Below are positions 39,073-50,950 of a stretch of 64,000 nucleotides of DNA, piece after piece. The first letter of the stretch is position 1. Each line of letters starts with the position of its first letter. A program made the position numbers and the translations under genes. Under the pieces are notes generated by a model. The model saw only the letters and a program-made list of their open reading frames with translations, was not told the DNA's origin and did not search any database. The DNA is from Lama glama (Eukaryota). The DNA lies in NCBI GenBank assembly GCA_028534125.1, contig CM052817.1:36272001-36336000 (forward strand), in the 5' to 3' direction.

Positions 39073-39949
39073 GTAGCCTAGAGAGGGCTTGGTAAAAAAG
39101 GGTGGGGGGGAAAAATCAGAAAAAAATCACTTTAAGGAGTAAATGTAATGAATTCAAAAAATAACTTTCTCCTTAATATTCCTCAGATACCTTGTATTTC
39201 GAAATAAAACATACTGATATTGCTGAAAGTAGTTGCAATAATAATGCTGTTTTTGTGTTTTAGTAGGAGTTTAAAAATCATTTCTAAACAAATTTTGTTT
39301 GTGTAAAGGAACAGTGAACACAGAATGTGGTTTTCAGATCACTGATGAAGAATTCTAAGTATGGGAGACTTGCTGAAACAATCTTTGCAGACCATTATGG
39401 TGATCACTGTTTTGAAATTATTCTCATGATTTTCACCTTGTCCTTTCTCCTTGCACCTTTCCTTTCATATTTTTTTCTTTCCTTTTAATTTTATGCCCAA
39501 TTTTTAAAAAATTCTTGAACTAATTAACTTCTTTAGGTAGCCTATTGTTAGCATGCATAGTAGTAATTCACCACTCAAAACAGAAAAATGGAAAGAAAAC
39601 GTTATCTTCTCTGCCATTTCCTCTTACACATCCTTTGGGATCTGAGTTAAGCTTCACTTTCTACCTGAGAGCCTCTGGGGACCATTCCAGCCACAGTCAG
39701 CCTGAATCCATCTGACACATTTACTATATTGCTTTTACTGGAAACTTTATCTGTCTCTTATAACTTAACTCCTTAGCCAGATTTTAATTGCCTTAGACGG
39801 AGACCACAGCACAACATATACCTCTTTGATTTAGCAGGTGTTCAGTCGACTTTCGGCTGATTGATTATGGCTGACTCTAGCCCAAAGTTTCACTATCATT
39901 TAAAAATTCATCCTTCTCTTTCATACAAAAACAAAAGTTCATCTCGCTC

Positions 39950-40290
39950 TACCAGTTCATACCCACTAGGATGGCTACAGTCAGAAAAAAACAGATAATA
40001 ACAAGTGTTGGGGAGGATGTGGAGAAATTGGAGCTTACACTGCTGGTGGGAATGAAAATGGAAAACAGACTGACAGTTCCTCAAAAGGCTAAACACAGTT
40101 ACCTTGGGATCCAGCAGTTTCACGCCTATGTGTATAGTATACCCAAGAGAATTATAAACACACGTCCACAAAAAACATACATGAATGTTCACAGCAGCAT
40201 TGTTTATAACACCAAAAAGCGGAAATAACTCAAATGCCCATCAATTGAGGAAATAAAGTGTGGTGTTTCCAAACAATGGAATGCTATTTG
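39950..40290 (+). mobile_element. Old L1 3' fragment
   Basis: acccactaggatggctacagtcagaaaaaaacagataataacaagtgttggggaggatgtggagaaattgga. Confidence 0.8.
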
Positions 40291-41152
40291 ACTACCTATG
40301 ATAAATACTATCTGATCAACTCTTTGAACTCTTGAGTCTTTCAGGAAAGGCGTAAGAAGGCCCAAAGTAAAATACAAAGCTGAATCTCAATTTACTGTCT
40401 TAATCAGAAAGTTCTGCTTCTGGTTTTTATTCCAGGGTAGATTCTAAAGCTAAAATAAAATAATCAGCTTAAATGTTATTCTTTGAGTTAAGTGCAATGA
40501 CTGGAAGGAGGGAAGGAGAGAAAATGCAAACTGGGTGTGGGGCGGGCAGGTGGAGGGAGGATAGACATTTAGGAATAGCAGCAAGATCACATAATCTAGT
40601 CAATTTAATTTTCTCAATTTGCTCAACTGCTGTTTGTCTTATCTCTCCTATCAGTAATGCTATGTACAGCATCACAGCGCTTATCGTGCCACAGTCACTG
40701 TGCTAATAAGCATGTTATATCATTATCTCATTTCATCTTCACAACAACCCTGTGCCCTCAGTACTATTTTTAGCATCATTTTCAGATAAAGCAAGGCTCA
40801 GAGAGATTAAGAAGCATGCCCAAGGTCACAAAGCTGGAAGGAACAGCACCTGGCTATGAATCCAGGCCTGCTGCCAACGTCCACACTCTTACCCGCTGGG
40901 CTACACTGCCACCCACAGATTTCCATGTCACCTACAGGAGCAAGAACACACACAAAAACGTGTAGAATGACTAAACTGTAGTCAGTACACAACACTGGAT
41001 ATCTTAGAAACTTGAAAAGAAAGCTGCCCGAGAGTGAAAGTAGTCAGAATTAAGAGAGAACGAATGAGATTAGGCAGCTGTAGCATTAAGCCATCCCCTT
41101 AACCAGCCAAGTACAGTGTGTTTAGAAATATGGTATCAAGAAGCTATGATTG

Positions 41153-41753
41153 ATATCCAGAAGGAACTCTAATTAGAAAAGATACTTGCACCTCAATGTT
41201 CATAGCAACACTATATACAATAGTCAAGACAAGGAAATAACCTAAATGTCCATCAACAGATAAATGGATAAAGAAGTTGTGGTATATTTATGCAATAGAA
41301 TACTACTCGGCCATAAAAAAGAATAAAATAATGTCATTTGCAGCAACACGGATGGACCTGGGGATCGTCATTTAAGTGAACTAAGCCTGAAAGAGAAAGA
41401 AAAATTCCACATGATATCACTCATGTGTGGAATCTAAAAAAAAAAAAGACAAATGAACTTACCTACAAAACAGAAACAGACTCACAGACATAGAAAATGA
41501 ACAAACTTATGGTTACCGAGGTTGGGAAGGGATAAATTGGGAGTTCAAGATTTGCAGATACTAACTACTATATATAAAACAGATAAACAACAAGTTTCTA
41601 CTGTACAGTACAGGAAACTATATTCAATACCTTTTAGTAGACTATAATGAAAAACAATAGGAAAATGAATATATGTATGTATGACGGAAACATTATGCTG
41701 TACACCAGAACTGAGACAATACTGTAAACTGACTACACTTTAATAAAAAAAAA
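41153..41753 (+). mobile_element. 5'-truncated younger L1
   Basis: Same type as 22928-23518, with an A tail. TSD aagctatgattg (41141-41152) and aagctacaattg (41754-41765). Confidence 0.85.
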
Positions 41754-42029
41754 AAGCTACAATTGCACACCTACATACACAAAGCTCTATAAACAATGCT
41801 CACAGTAGTTTTATTATACTAAACAAAAATGGCAACAACTCAAATGTCCATCAACCTGGATAGTACTCATCAATAAAAAAACAATGGAACACTAGTCATC
41901 CATTAAAATGGGGGTGGAGGCAGGGAGAGAGGCCATGACTGAAACGCACTTAATGCAAAAGAAAGCCATAACTAATGTGGTGCATCCTTTCTGAAGAATG
42001 AAGTTTAGTTTAAAATAACTTCCTCAAGG

Positions 42030-43443
42030 GTGTTATTGACTGTTTTTTTTTGTCTTCTAATCTCTCTCCCCAAGTCCCTCTTTATCTGGGAACAAACTCT
42101 ATCCCTGGCCAAGCCAATCAAAGGCCACCCCTAAGCCATTGTGATTGGTGCAGGGATAGGTTCACGCACCCAAGTGGCCAGAGTTCTTCCCCATTAAGTT
42201 CCATTCAGCACTGATAGAAGCCTGCCTTTTGCCTCTAAAGGGTAACTAAAGCCGCTGGAAGCTACCTCCCCTGCCACAGAGGATACCTGTAACACATTAT
42301 GAAGCTACCAGCCAGAGAGGTTCAAAGACAAGAGACAGCAAGGGTCTCAGGGACACTGATTGAGCCTTGGATCTTCTCTTACCTGGAGCCAGCACCACCA
42401 CCACCTTCCTGAGTATACTTGTGTTTCATTATTCATGGATCCCATCCTAGTGAGTTTGCCTACTCACTGAAATTGATTTGTAACCTCAAAATCAATGCTC
42501 AGAGTATTTCTGCAGTCATTCCCAGAAGAATGTGCAAGAATGTGAAAAGAGGTGAAAAATTTGAGCCACCTTATGTGCATGTCCCAGCTGGAGTCAAACA
42601 AGACAATGTTCTACCTTCTTGTTTCAACTCGCATACGGTAAGCAAGTGCTCTTTTTTCATCTGCTTATGACCATATTTTTCATTCTTTCGCATTTTTTGG
42701 TGCTGATTTCACTGTTTAAAATGGCCCCCAAGCATAACGCTGAAGTACTGTCTAGCGTTCCTAAGTACAAGAAGGCCGTGATGTGCCTTGCAAAGAAAAC
42801 ACATGTGATTAATGAGCTTCATTCATGCCTAAGTTCCAGTGCTGTTGGCTGTGAATTCAATGCTAACGAAAAAAGAGAAAATTCACTGATCTGTACATGG
42901 GGCCACTGGAAAGTGCCAAAGTAACAGCTACAGTGAGTTCATAATGAAGCTACAGAAAAGATGGAAGAGCAACTGAATCTGTGGATTCGGGACTGATGAC
43001 TGACTGATTACAGCATGGAGTGGACAGCACGTTGTGAGGCTGAAAGCCAAAGAAATTTACCATCACATTAGCCAGGGTCAGGAAAATGCTAAAAATGCTT
43101 CCTGACTAATGTTTTACTACAAAAGAAATATTGTACAGAATTAATCATTTGTAAGAAATAAATATCAAACAAGGCATCTAAACAGAAACACACTTAAGCC
43201 CACACAAAACAAAGTTATGTATTGATCTGTTGATGGAGGCTCTCAACAGGAAGCTAACTAACCCCATGGTTCCCCGGGAGCAATGGCTCAGTCTTTACTA
43301 CTTTGGGTTCACAGCAACTTCATAGAACTTACTTACCACGAATGATAAGAATCAACTCTATACAGCCTGATAGTTCCCTTGTCTGTTTAAGACTGTTTGA
43401 ACTGGATCTCTGTCACTTGAAATTAAAAACTCCTGGCTGATAA
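42030..43443 (+). mobile_element. MaLR LTR (MLT1K-like) split by a Tigger insertion
   Basis: ggccaagccaatca...gtgattggtgcagggatagg upstream of the Tigger, and a MaLR-like 3' end ctctgtcacttgaaattaaaaactcctggctgata after 43360. Confidence 0.6.
42418..43358 (+). mobile_element. Tigger6/MER82-like TcMar DNA transposon, internally deleted
   Basis: TA dinucleotides at both flanks (42416-42417 and 43359-43360), degenerate TIRs, and a transposase N-terminal remnant MAPKHNAEVLSSVPKYKKAVMCLAKK from 42721. Confidence 0.75.
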
Positions 43444-46215
43444 GATGACCTTTTAACAATAATAGCAGGTAAGACTTCATCTGAGCTTACACTGCATCTG
43501 GCACTTTTCTACATGATTCACAGATTTTAAATCATTTATTCTTCCATGAGGTAAGTACGGCTATTATCATCTCTAATTTGCAGTTGAAGAAAGTAAAATT
43601 TTAAAAAAATGAAGAAAAAGAAAATAAAATGAGACAGAAAGTGTTGAAGTACTTCGCTAAGCTGCACAACTGGGTGGTGGCAGAGATAGGATTTAAGCCC
43701 AGAATATGTGCTCTTGACTAGTTTGCTGTGTAAGGAGCCTAGGAAATGGACAGCCAAATAGTCAGGACTTGTCAATACCTCCAGCACTGTCCAGAGAGAA
43801 CGGGTACCATAACCAGTCACTCCGACTATTTCATCTGCTAAGTAATTATTGCCCAAGAGTACAGATGGGCGGATTAGACTCCATAACATTAGTCACTAAC
43901 CTCACCCAGCTACTTGCCCTGCTGAGAGTCCATGATTAATAAGCAACCTTAAATAACTTGGTTTCCAAGGTAGATCCCACTACTGGCAAAGCGTACCGTG
44001 ACCCAGTGACCAAAGCATCTCAGCCTTCTTGGCATTTCTACTTCTCACCATTAATTTGGCATCCTGGATCTATCAGCATCTTGTAAGTTTGTTTAGGATG
44101 AGTCAGTCCTTAAGCGTCAGCTGAACTCTGAGTATTTTGGCCAACTACAAGCCTGGATAAGCAGCCTGAAGTATGGCCTCATCCCTGATTAACTAACAGA
44201 AATATTTGTAAAGAAATATAAATAGAACTATTGTTAAAACCCTTCCCACCTGAGTTATAGCAATGCAATCTCCAAGCAGTCAAATGAAAACTAATTGGAG
44301 GTAACTAAACTGCAACCACAGAGAAGATGTAATTTCCATGAATGGATTATTAACCCTAATTGCAAATACAGTCTAGCTCATCACAATGCTCTGCCAAAAC
44401 TAGAGCAGCAGACACTAAAATCATCTAGCTCTCACGAGAGAGGTTCAGTTCATGGAAGAGAAGCCAGCCATTAAGAGAGCACACTCTGGTGGAATCCCGA
44501 ACCTCGTAGCTACTGATGTCCGCGAATTCAAAGGTCTAGCTCCAGCGATGTTTTTATCAGTTGGCATTCTGATCTCCTGTGTCCTCCCACCCATTCTTCC
44601 TCACTCACCATCTCTCCCTTGCTTCTACTGAAGTAGAATCTTTTATTTCCCTTCAAGACACACAGTTACAAAAGGTGTGACAGAAGAACACAGGACAGCA
44701 CTCAGCATCTACACCACCTCAGCTGTCCCACGTGCTTCAATCCAGCCCACCCCTTTCCTGCCTCTTATCTCCCCAACACAAAATAAAAGGAAGAAAGATG
44801 TGCGGTCCATCCCCTGCATGTCACACCTGGTACTTTTCCCAGTCCTTCTCCTCATCTATTTTTGGTAAAAGATTCAGGATAATCTTAGTAGGGCTTAAGG
44901 GTCCAAAGGACTAAAGTTCAAGCCCCAGAATTAACCACGTGCTAGCTGTGAAGCCTTGGGGAAGGTATTTAAACACTCTAAGCCTGTTTCCTGTTGCCAA
45001 AGTGGTAAGAAGAGTGACAGGGTTGTCGTGAGGACTAATGACAGAATGTCCGTAAAGAGGGCATACGGTGTAAGTGGCCCATGAAGTCAGCTGCTGTAGA
45101 CACTGCTACTCCCACTCCCGGTGCTCTTCTCTGAGAGCTCAGCAAACAGGGGAGCCCCAAAACAGGCTGGGGGAGTGACTCCTTTCCCCCTGTGGTTGGC
45201 ATCTGCTGTTCCGCCAAATTTGCACGATGGCAAAGCAGCACTACCTCCATCAGTCATAACGCTCACAAAGGACATCTGAGGTTGCTAGGACAAAGTTTTT
45301 TCAACGCATTTTCTTTTACATTCTGGGGAGGACAAAGGGGTGGTAGGGGGAGGGGAGATAATTCTTTATCGTCTTAGTGAGCTGAATGCTAAAAGACAAG
45401 CTGGGATTCCTAAACTTTGTCTTGTTAATCAGACTATGCAAAACATCAGCCTAACAACTGATTCTTATTTTCTTTGTTTGAATGCCACTGACACCTAAAT
45501 AACACTCAGGCAGGACTTCTGATCTCATGTGTTAACAGGGATAAGCTTCCTTTCAAATAAGCTCAGAAGCCATCGCCTGACTGGTGTATGGGAAGGGAGG
45601 GTTTCCTTCAACAGCAGGAAAAGGGAATGTCCAAGGCTTCAGGGCTCTGCAGACACTCCCCAAACCCAAGCTTTAAAGAAATCTGTAGCCCAAACTCAAA
45701 TGCAGAATTAACTCCAGTAACAAAAAGATTTATTCTAATGACATGTTTTATTGTCAAAAAGTTTACTACCACAGGCAGAAATGGCACCGAAGGCAGAGAG
45801 AAGTTTTTAACAACGTGAACCCACTCCCTGCTGTTTTCTCCCTCTCCTTCACTTCAGCTGGACTTTGGTCCTCAGGCCCTTTTACCAACACAGGAAACAT
45901 TCCTACCCCTCCCTGATGAGCCCTGCACAGGTGGGGCCTTCTTTACTGCCCAGCGCTGGGCTTTGTAAAACTATGAGAATGAGCACTCCATTGTCTGCAT
46001 AAGCTTCGGGCTGCCTTCAAAAGACACTTGACCAGACTGGCAAGAATTAAAAAGTCTGACAGTGTTAAGTCAACGATATAGAGCAACCAGGACACTTACC
46101 CACAGCTGATGGGAGTGTAAACTGGCAGAATCACTTTGGAAAATAAGTGGGCATCACGTAGTGAAGGTGAAGATGTAATCACCCACAGCAGTCATTTCAT
46201 TCCTAGGTATATGAC

Positions 46216-46495
46216 CAGCACTGTCCAAACTACCCGGTATCTGTGATGCTCCTTCACTACACTGAGAGCTGGAGATACACAGATGGGTAAAATCTGGCAA
46301 CTGAGAACTTCCTGTGATGATGGAAATGTTACACATCTGTACTGTCCAACATGGTAGCCACTAGCCACATGTGGCTACTGAGTACCTGAAATGTGGCTAA
46401 TGTGACTGAGGAACTGAATTTTAATGTTATTTAATTTTAATTATTTTAATGCAAGTAGTCACATATGGCAGTGGCTATCTTACTGTACAATACAG
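46216..46495 (+). mobile_element. MER3/MER33-like hAT-Charlie element nested in an old L1 (about 46020-46680)
   Basis: cagcactgtccaa[insertion]agaacttcctgtgatgatggaaatgtt...ggtagccactagccacatgtggctactgag. Confidence 0.8.
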
Positions 46496-49400
46496 CAAGA
46501 AATTCATGAATCTGTACCCCAAGATATATGCGCAAGAATCTTCATTTTAGGATTGTTTGAAATACACAGAACAAAAACGACCCAAATGTCCATCTGTAAG
46601 AAAATGGATAAACTACAGCACACGCATAAAATAGAACACTGCACAGCAGTGAAAAATAAATGAATTCCATCTACAAACAACTGTAGCTAAATCTTAAAAA
46701 CAGTGTTGGGTCAGGGGGAGTCACAGAAGAATGCGGAGTGTGAGGCATTTTTGCAAAGTCCAAACACAAGTATAACAGGTATTTAAAGATAAAAAATATT
46801 AGTGGTGGTAAAGCCGTGAAGAAAAGCAAAAAAGAGATCAATACAAAGATTAAGAGAGATCTTTGTATGTGTAGAGCTGGAGGGTACAACCCACAAGGAG
46901 CACAATGGGAGCTTCAGTAGCTCAGCTGACCGGCCCTTTTACTGCTGTTTCTCAGCATATCTACCACACATATTGCTTCACACTCACAGATACTTCACAA
47001 TAAAGAAAAAATGAGAAGTACTATTGAGGTAGGATCACTGCTTCCTGCATCTCACCCACCAATTCCCCACCCATGTGCAGACTGAGCGCTTCTCCACGAT
47101 GAGAACCAGGTTTTCGTCATCTATCTCCACTTCCCAGCACAATACAGGCAGGAGCTCAGAGATGCTTCTTAAGTGCCTAGAGGACTGAATCTAAATCTGA
47201 GAAAACCAGAACTCCCACAATCTAAATTTGTTAACAGTTCTGCTTGCCAGGTAATGTGAGGTAAATATCCCAATGCAATAGCAACAATAACAAAAACCCA
47301 ACAACAACAATGTATCTCCTCCATTCCAAAATGGACTCTCCTCTCACCACATTTTAGCAGCTCTGAAAGTAGAACGCCTTTTACAACCCAAGCTGTCATC
47401 CACTTGGTGTTTCTCAGTGCTAGAGTTGGGGAATGAAAGCTCTGTGAAGAACTGAGCCTCTTTCATTCATGTGTCTACCCCCAGAGACTAGAATAGTGTC
47501 TGGCACAAAGTAGGGACTCAATAAATAGTAACTATTTCTTTTTCTTTATTCAACAACTATTACTGCAAGCCTACAGTGTGTCTGAGTCTGTGCTAAAAAC
47601 TTTACTTAGATCATTTAATTTGCCCTTTACAATAACCTCAAGACTGAGCAAGGTGAAGTCATTTGCCCAAGAATGTGTAAATAAGTACCAGCTGTGGTAG
47701 AAACTTAGTTTAAGTGGCAAAGGCAGGACTCAAATCTTACCTACCTGACTCCAAGACTCCAAAGTCCATGCTCTTAAACAGGATGCTACACTATCACTGA
47801 AATAAAACAAAGCCAAGCTACATTCCTACTCCAATTCTGAAAACAAATGTTAAAAGATGTTGCAGTAGTGAGCTCATATTAGCTGAATCACTGGCCATGT
47901 TTACAGGCAACCGGAACCTACGTTAGCCAGAGACAGGAGGGATGGGTGAGGCAGAGTTAGCCAGACTTTCCTCCACATCCACCCTGACTTAACAAAAAAA
48001 CTAGTTCACTTACTGATTCACACATAGAAACACATGCCCCCGACACCTGCAAGTCCTATTTCAAAATGTAGTAAATGTCTAAAGAGGCAGAGTTATATCA
48101 TCAAAGGGATCATCTTATTAGAGAGACCTTACAAGTCCATTTGATCTAACCTCTAAGACATAGAGTTACATTTCTAACCTCATTTAATGGCAGCTGAAGC
48201 TAACTTTGGTCCTCTGAGAAGTAACTGATTGAAGCGGAGACTAGAAACTAGGTCTCCTACTTCCTGGGCTCACCTTGTTCTCACTACATCACAGCAGAAG
48301 GAAGTCAGTAAGGATTTGTTAAGATCTCTCTCTAGGCAGCTATCCTGAGTCCTTTACGTAGATTCTCCCATTTAATCCTCTTATCAATTCTGTGAGTTAC
48401 ATATTACCCCCAAGTACAAGATGAGGAAACCGAGGTTCAGAGAAATTAAGTAACTCACCACAGGTCACACACTTGGCATCCGTACCACAAGCCAGAATGG
48501 TTCCACCTCACCTGGCAGATCTGCAAGTTAAATAATAATTAATATTTGTATAGAACTCTACAAAGTACTTTCATGTTATTGAAAACAAAAGGGAAAGAAA
48601 ACTTCTGAAAATAAAATATCTTTAAATCACACAAGCTTGAATATTCCCCAAACATTGTATCTCAAAAATCTGGTTAAAATATCAGTAAGATAACTGCTAA
48701 TCAACTACGAAGCTGTCACTTCTAAAAGTGAACTTAGAGACGTAAAGAGCACCTTCAAAAATTCCTGGCATTTGTAGTAGATGTAAAAGTAAAAATAAAA
48801 TTATTTTTAAATTCCCCATTTAGGTTAAAAAGATAAATTTTTGAAAAATAATTCAATTTTCTCCTTCCTTTTTTCCATGTACCGCACACATTATAGCTTA
48901 TTTTACCACACCTGTTTTTAAGTCTTTCTTCTATCTTTCCTTCTTTCTCAACACCACATCCTCTTTCATGCAAAACAAGATGGTACTGAGAGGCACTTTA
49001 AGTCTCTTAAAAGAAAAAGTCCTGCATGATTTTAAGATATTTTCATCATAACTTTATTTTTATGTAATGTAAGAAACTTCCATTCAATTTGGAGAATATT
49101 TTTATTTCTGAAACTGAAGCAAAACTATCTTGTATCTCCAGTCCGGGTGCAACTCTTACGTATAAAAAAAAGTTTTTATAAATTATTATGCAAACCTTAA
49201 GAAATTTAGATTTGTTACTTAGAATGAAATGCTATAACCAATGGCTCCAACCACACCATTTGGAACATTTTGCAATCTCTGTTTCCTTTTTCAAAAATAA
49301 AAACCCAACTACTTACTGAAAAAGTAAAACTGCCTGCTTAACCAACTGTGTTTCTTCTTTTCATGCCAAAGGAGGAGTTCTGCCAAAGGGATTTCAAATC

Positions 49401-50152
49401 TTCCTCCTTGATTCCTGCATCCTTTCTCCAGAAGGTTCCTAGCCTCGATGTGGTCAGTGATGTGTAATTCATCTATTTAGCTTTAAAACAGGTGAAATGT
49501 ATTACTCTCTTTTTCTGATTTATAATTCCATCCACCTGCCCCCAGCGTAAACTACGGAGAGCTTCACAGTAATCTGCTACTAAAACCAGAAGGCATCTCT
49601 CTCCAGAGTCACTGCATTTAAAAAGGATGTTAATCCTCATTTTATTTCACTTTTCTTTCTCCTCAGTCTGCAGTTAAAAAAGCAGCTCACTTGATGTTAT
49701 CAAATCATCAGATGAAAGGTTCTAGAAATAGCTTCCTATTTGTGGAAAGAGCCAGGAGACACAAAAAAATGAAAGACAGCTCTCGAATCGTCTTTCCTAA
49801 AGCATTCCGTGCGTAACGAATGCAAGCAAAATCCTGGAAGGCTTAGCTCTGAATTTAAGGTACTTCCTAATGGGGCCTGATTGAAAAGCTAAAGTAAAAC
49901 GGAATCACAAAACAAACAAAAACACCGGCACACCAAAAGCAAATTTCAAATACACATTTCCCGGAGCCCCCAGTGCATACCCAGAATCAAGGCATAGTTG
50001 CTTCAGGTGCGGTCTCTACCGTGCTCCGCGCTCGTCTGTTTCAGTTGTCTGGGTTTGCCAAATCCACACATTCACAAATGACTCAAAGTGCCACCCACCC
50101 CGAACGTCCCAGTTCCTGACACCTCCGCGCCCGTCCGCGCACTTACGTGTCG

Positions 50153-50191
<39 letters not shown>

Positions 50192-50198
50192 CACGTGT
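50153..50198. repeat. (CA)15-CG-(CA)4 microsatellite in intron 1
   Basis: Read directly: 46 nt of uninterrupted purine/pyrimidine alternation. Confidence 0.95.
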
Positions 50199-50422
50199 CC
50201 ACACACACCCCCGCCCCCGCCCAGGAGGCGGACTCCGACGAGGCCAGCCGGGCACGGCCTCCGCGAGGTGGGTAGTGCCCAGGACCGCGGCCCCACCGGC
50301 ACTGTCACCGCGGCCGCCGAGCCCTCAGTCCTCAGCGCAAACTCCCGGCCGCCGCCAGGGTTCCCCAAAACGTGGAGGCCTCGCCGGCTCGCATTTCGCG
50401 AGGAAGCGTCCGCGCCCCTCAC

Positions 50423-50950
50423 CGCAACGGTGTCACCGGAGCCCCGGAATTTAAATAGGGGCCGGCGAGGAGGAAGGGGAGGATCCTCCTTTTGACTTTC
50501 TGCGTCGCAATTCCTCCCGGTCGGCTGGCAGCCGAGTTGGGGTGGAGGGCGCTCCCGTTTTTAAAGAGGCTTCCGGCCTCTCTGGGCGCGAGGTTCTTTA
50601 GGTTAGAGGGAGAGCCCCAAGAGCGCCAGGGAGGCGCACGAAAGGCCGACAGGCACCCCGCGCGCCTGGCCCCGGCGCAGCCCCGCCGCCCGCGCCCCGC
50701 AGCCACTGCAGGCGCCGCGCCCCGACCTCCCCGCGCGCCCGGCCCCAGGTCGTCGCGGGAAGCGCTCGGCAGCGGCAGCCGCAGCCGCAGCCGCAGCCGC
50801 AGCCGCCCCTCCCGGAGCCGCGCGCTGACAGCCGAGCGCCGCGGAACGCGGCGGCCGCGCGTCTGCAGCTCCGCGATACCCTCCTTCCTAGAACCCAGGC
50901 CCCCGCCCCGCGCACCGTGGCGGCCACCGAACCGCTGCTTGGGATTCCGA
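50423..50950 (-). other. HERC3: Putative non-coding first exon of HERC3 (5' boundary uncertain)
   Basis: Donor GCG|gtgagg at 50423/50422 inside the CpG island. I saw no minus-strand ATG between 50423 and about 50970. CCAAT and GC boxes lie upstream. Confidence 0.6.
50769..50804. repeat. (GCAGCC)5 hexamer repeat plus one imperfect unit
   Basis: Read directly. Perfect units span 50775-50804. Confidence 0.95.

Larger units (their letters stand above)
1..50950 (-). other. HERC3: HERC3 gene, 5' portion (continues beyond position 1; TSS position approximate)
   Basis: Seven spliced exons give one continuous ORF starting MLCWGYWSLGQPGISTNLQGIVAEPQ, the HERC3 N-terminus as I recall it (HERC4 starts MLCWGNASFGQLG). 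A CpG island marks the 5' end. Confidence 0.95.

Noticed and set aside
50450..50457. TATA-like TATTTAAA on the minus strand
   Set aside because: It lies only ~27 nt before the exon-1 donor, which would leave almost no exon. It is more likely transcribed 5'UTR sequence.
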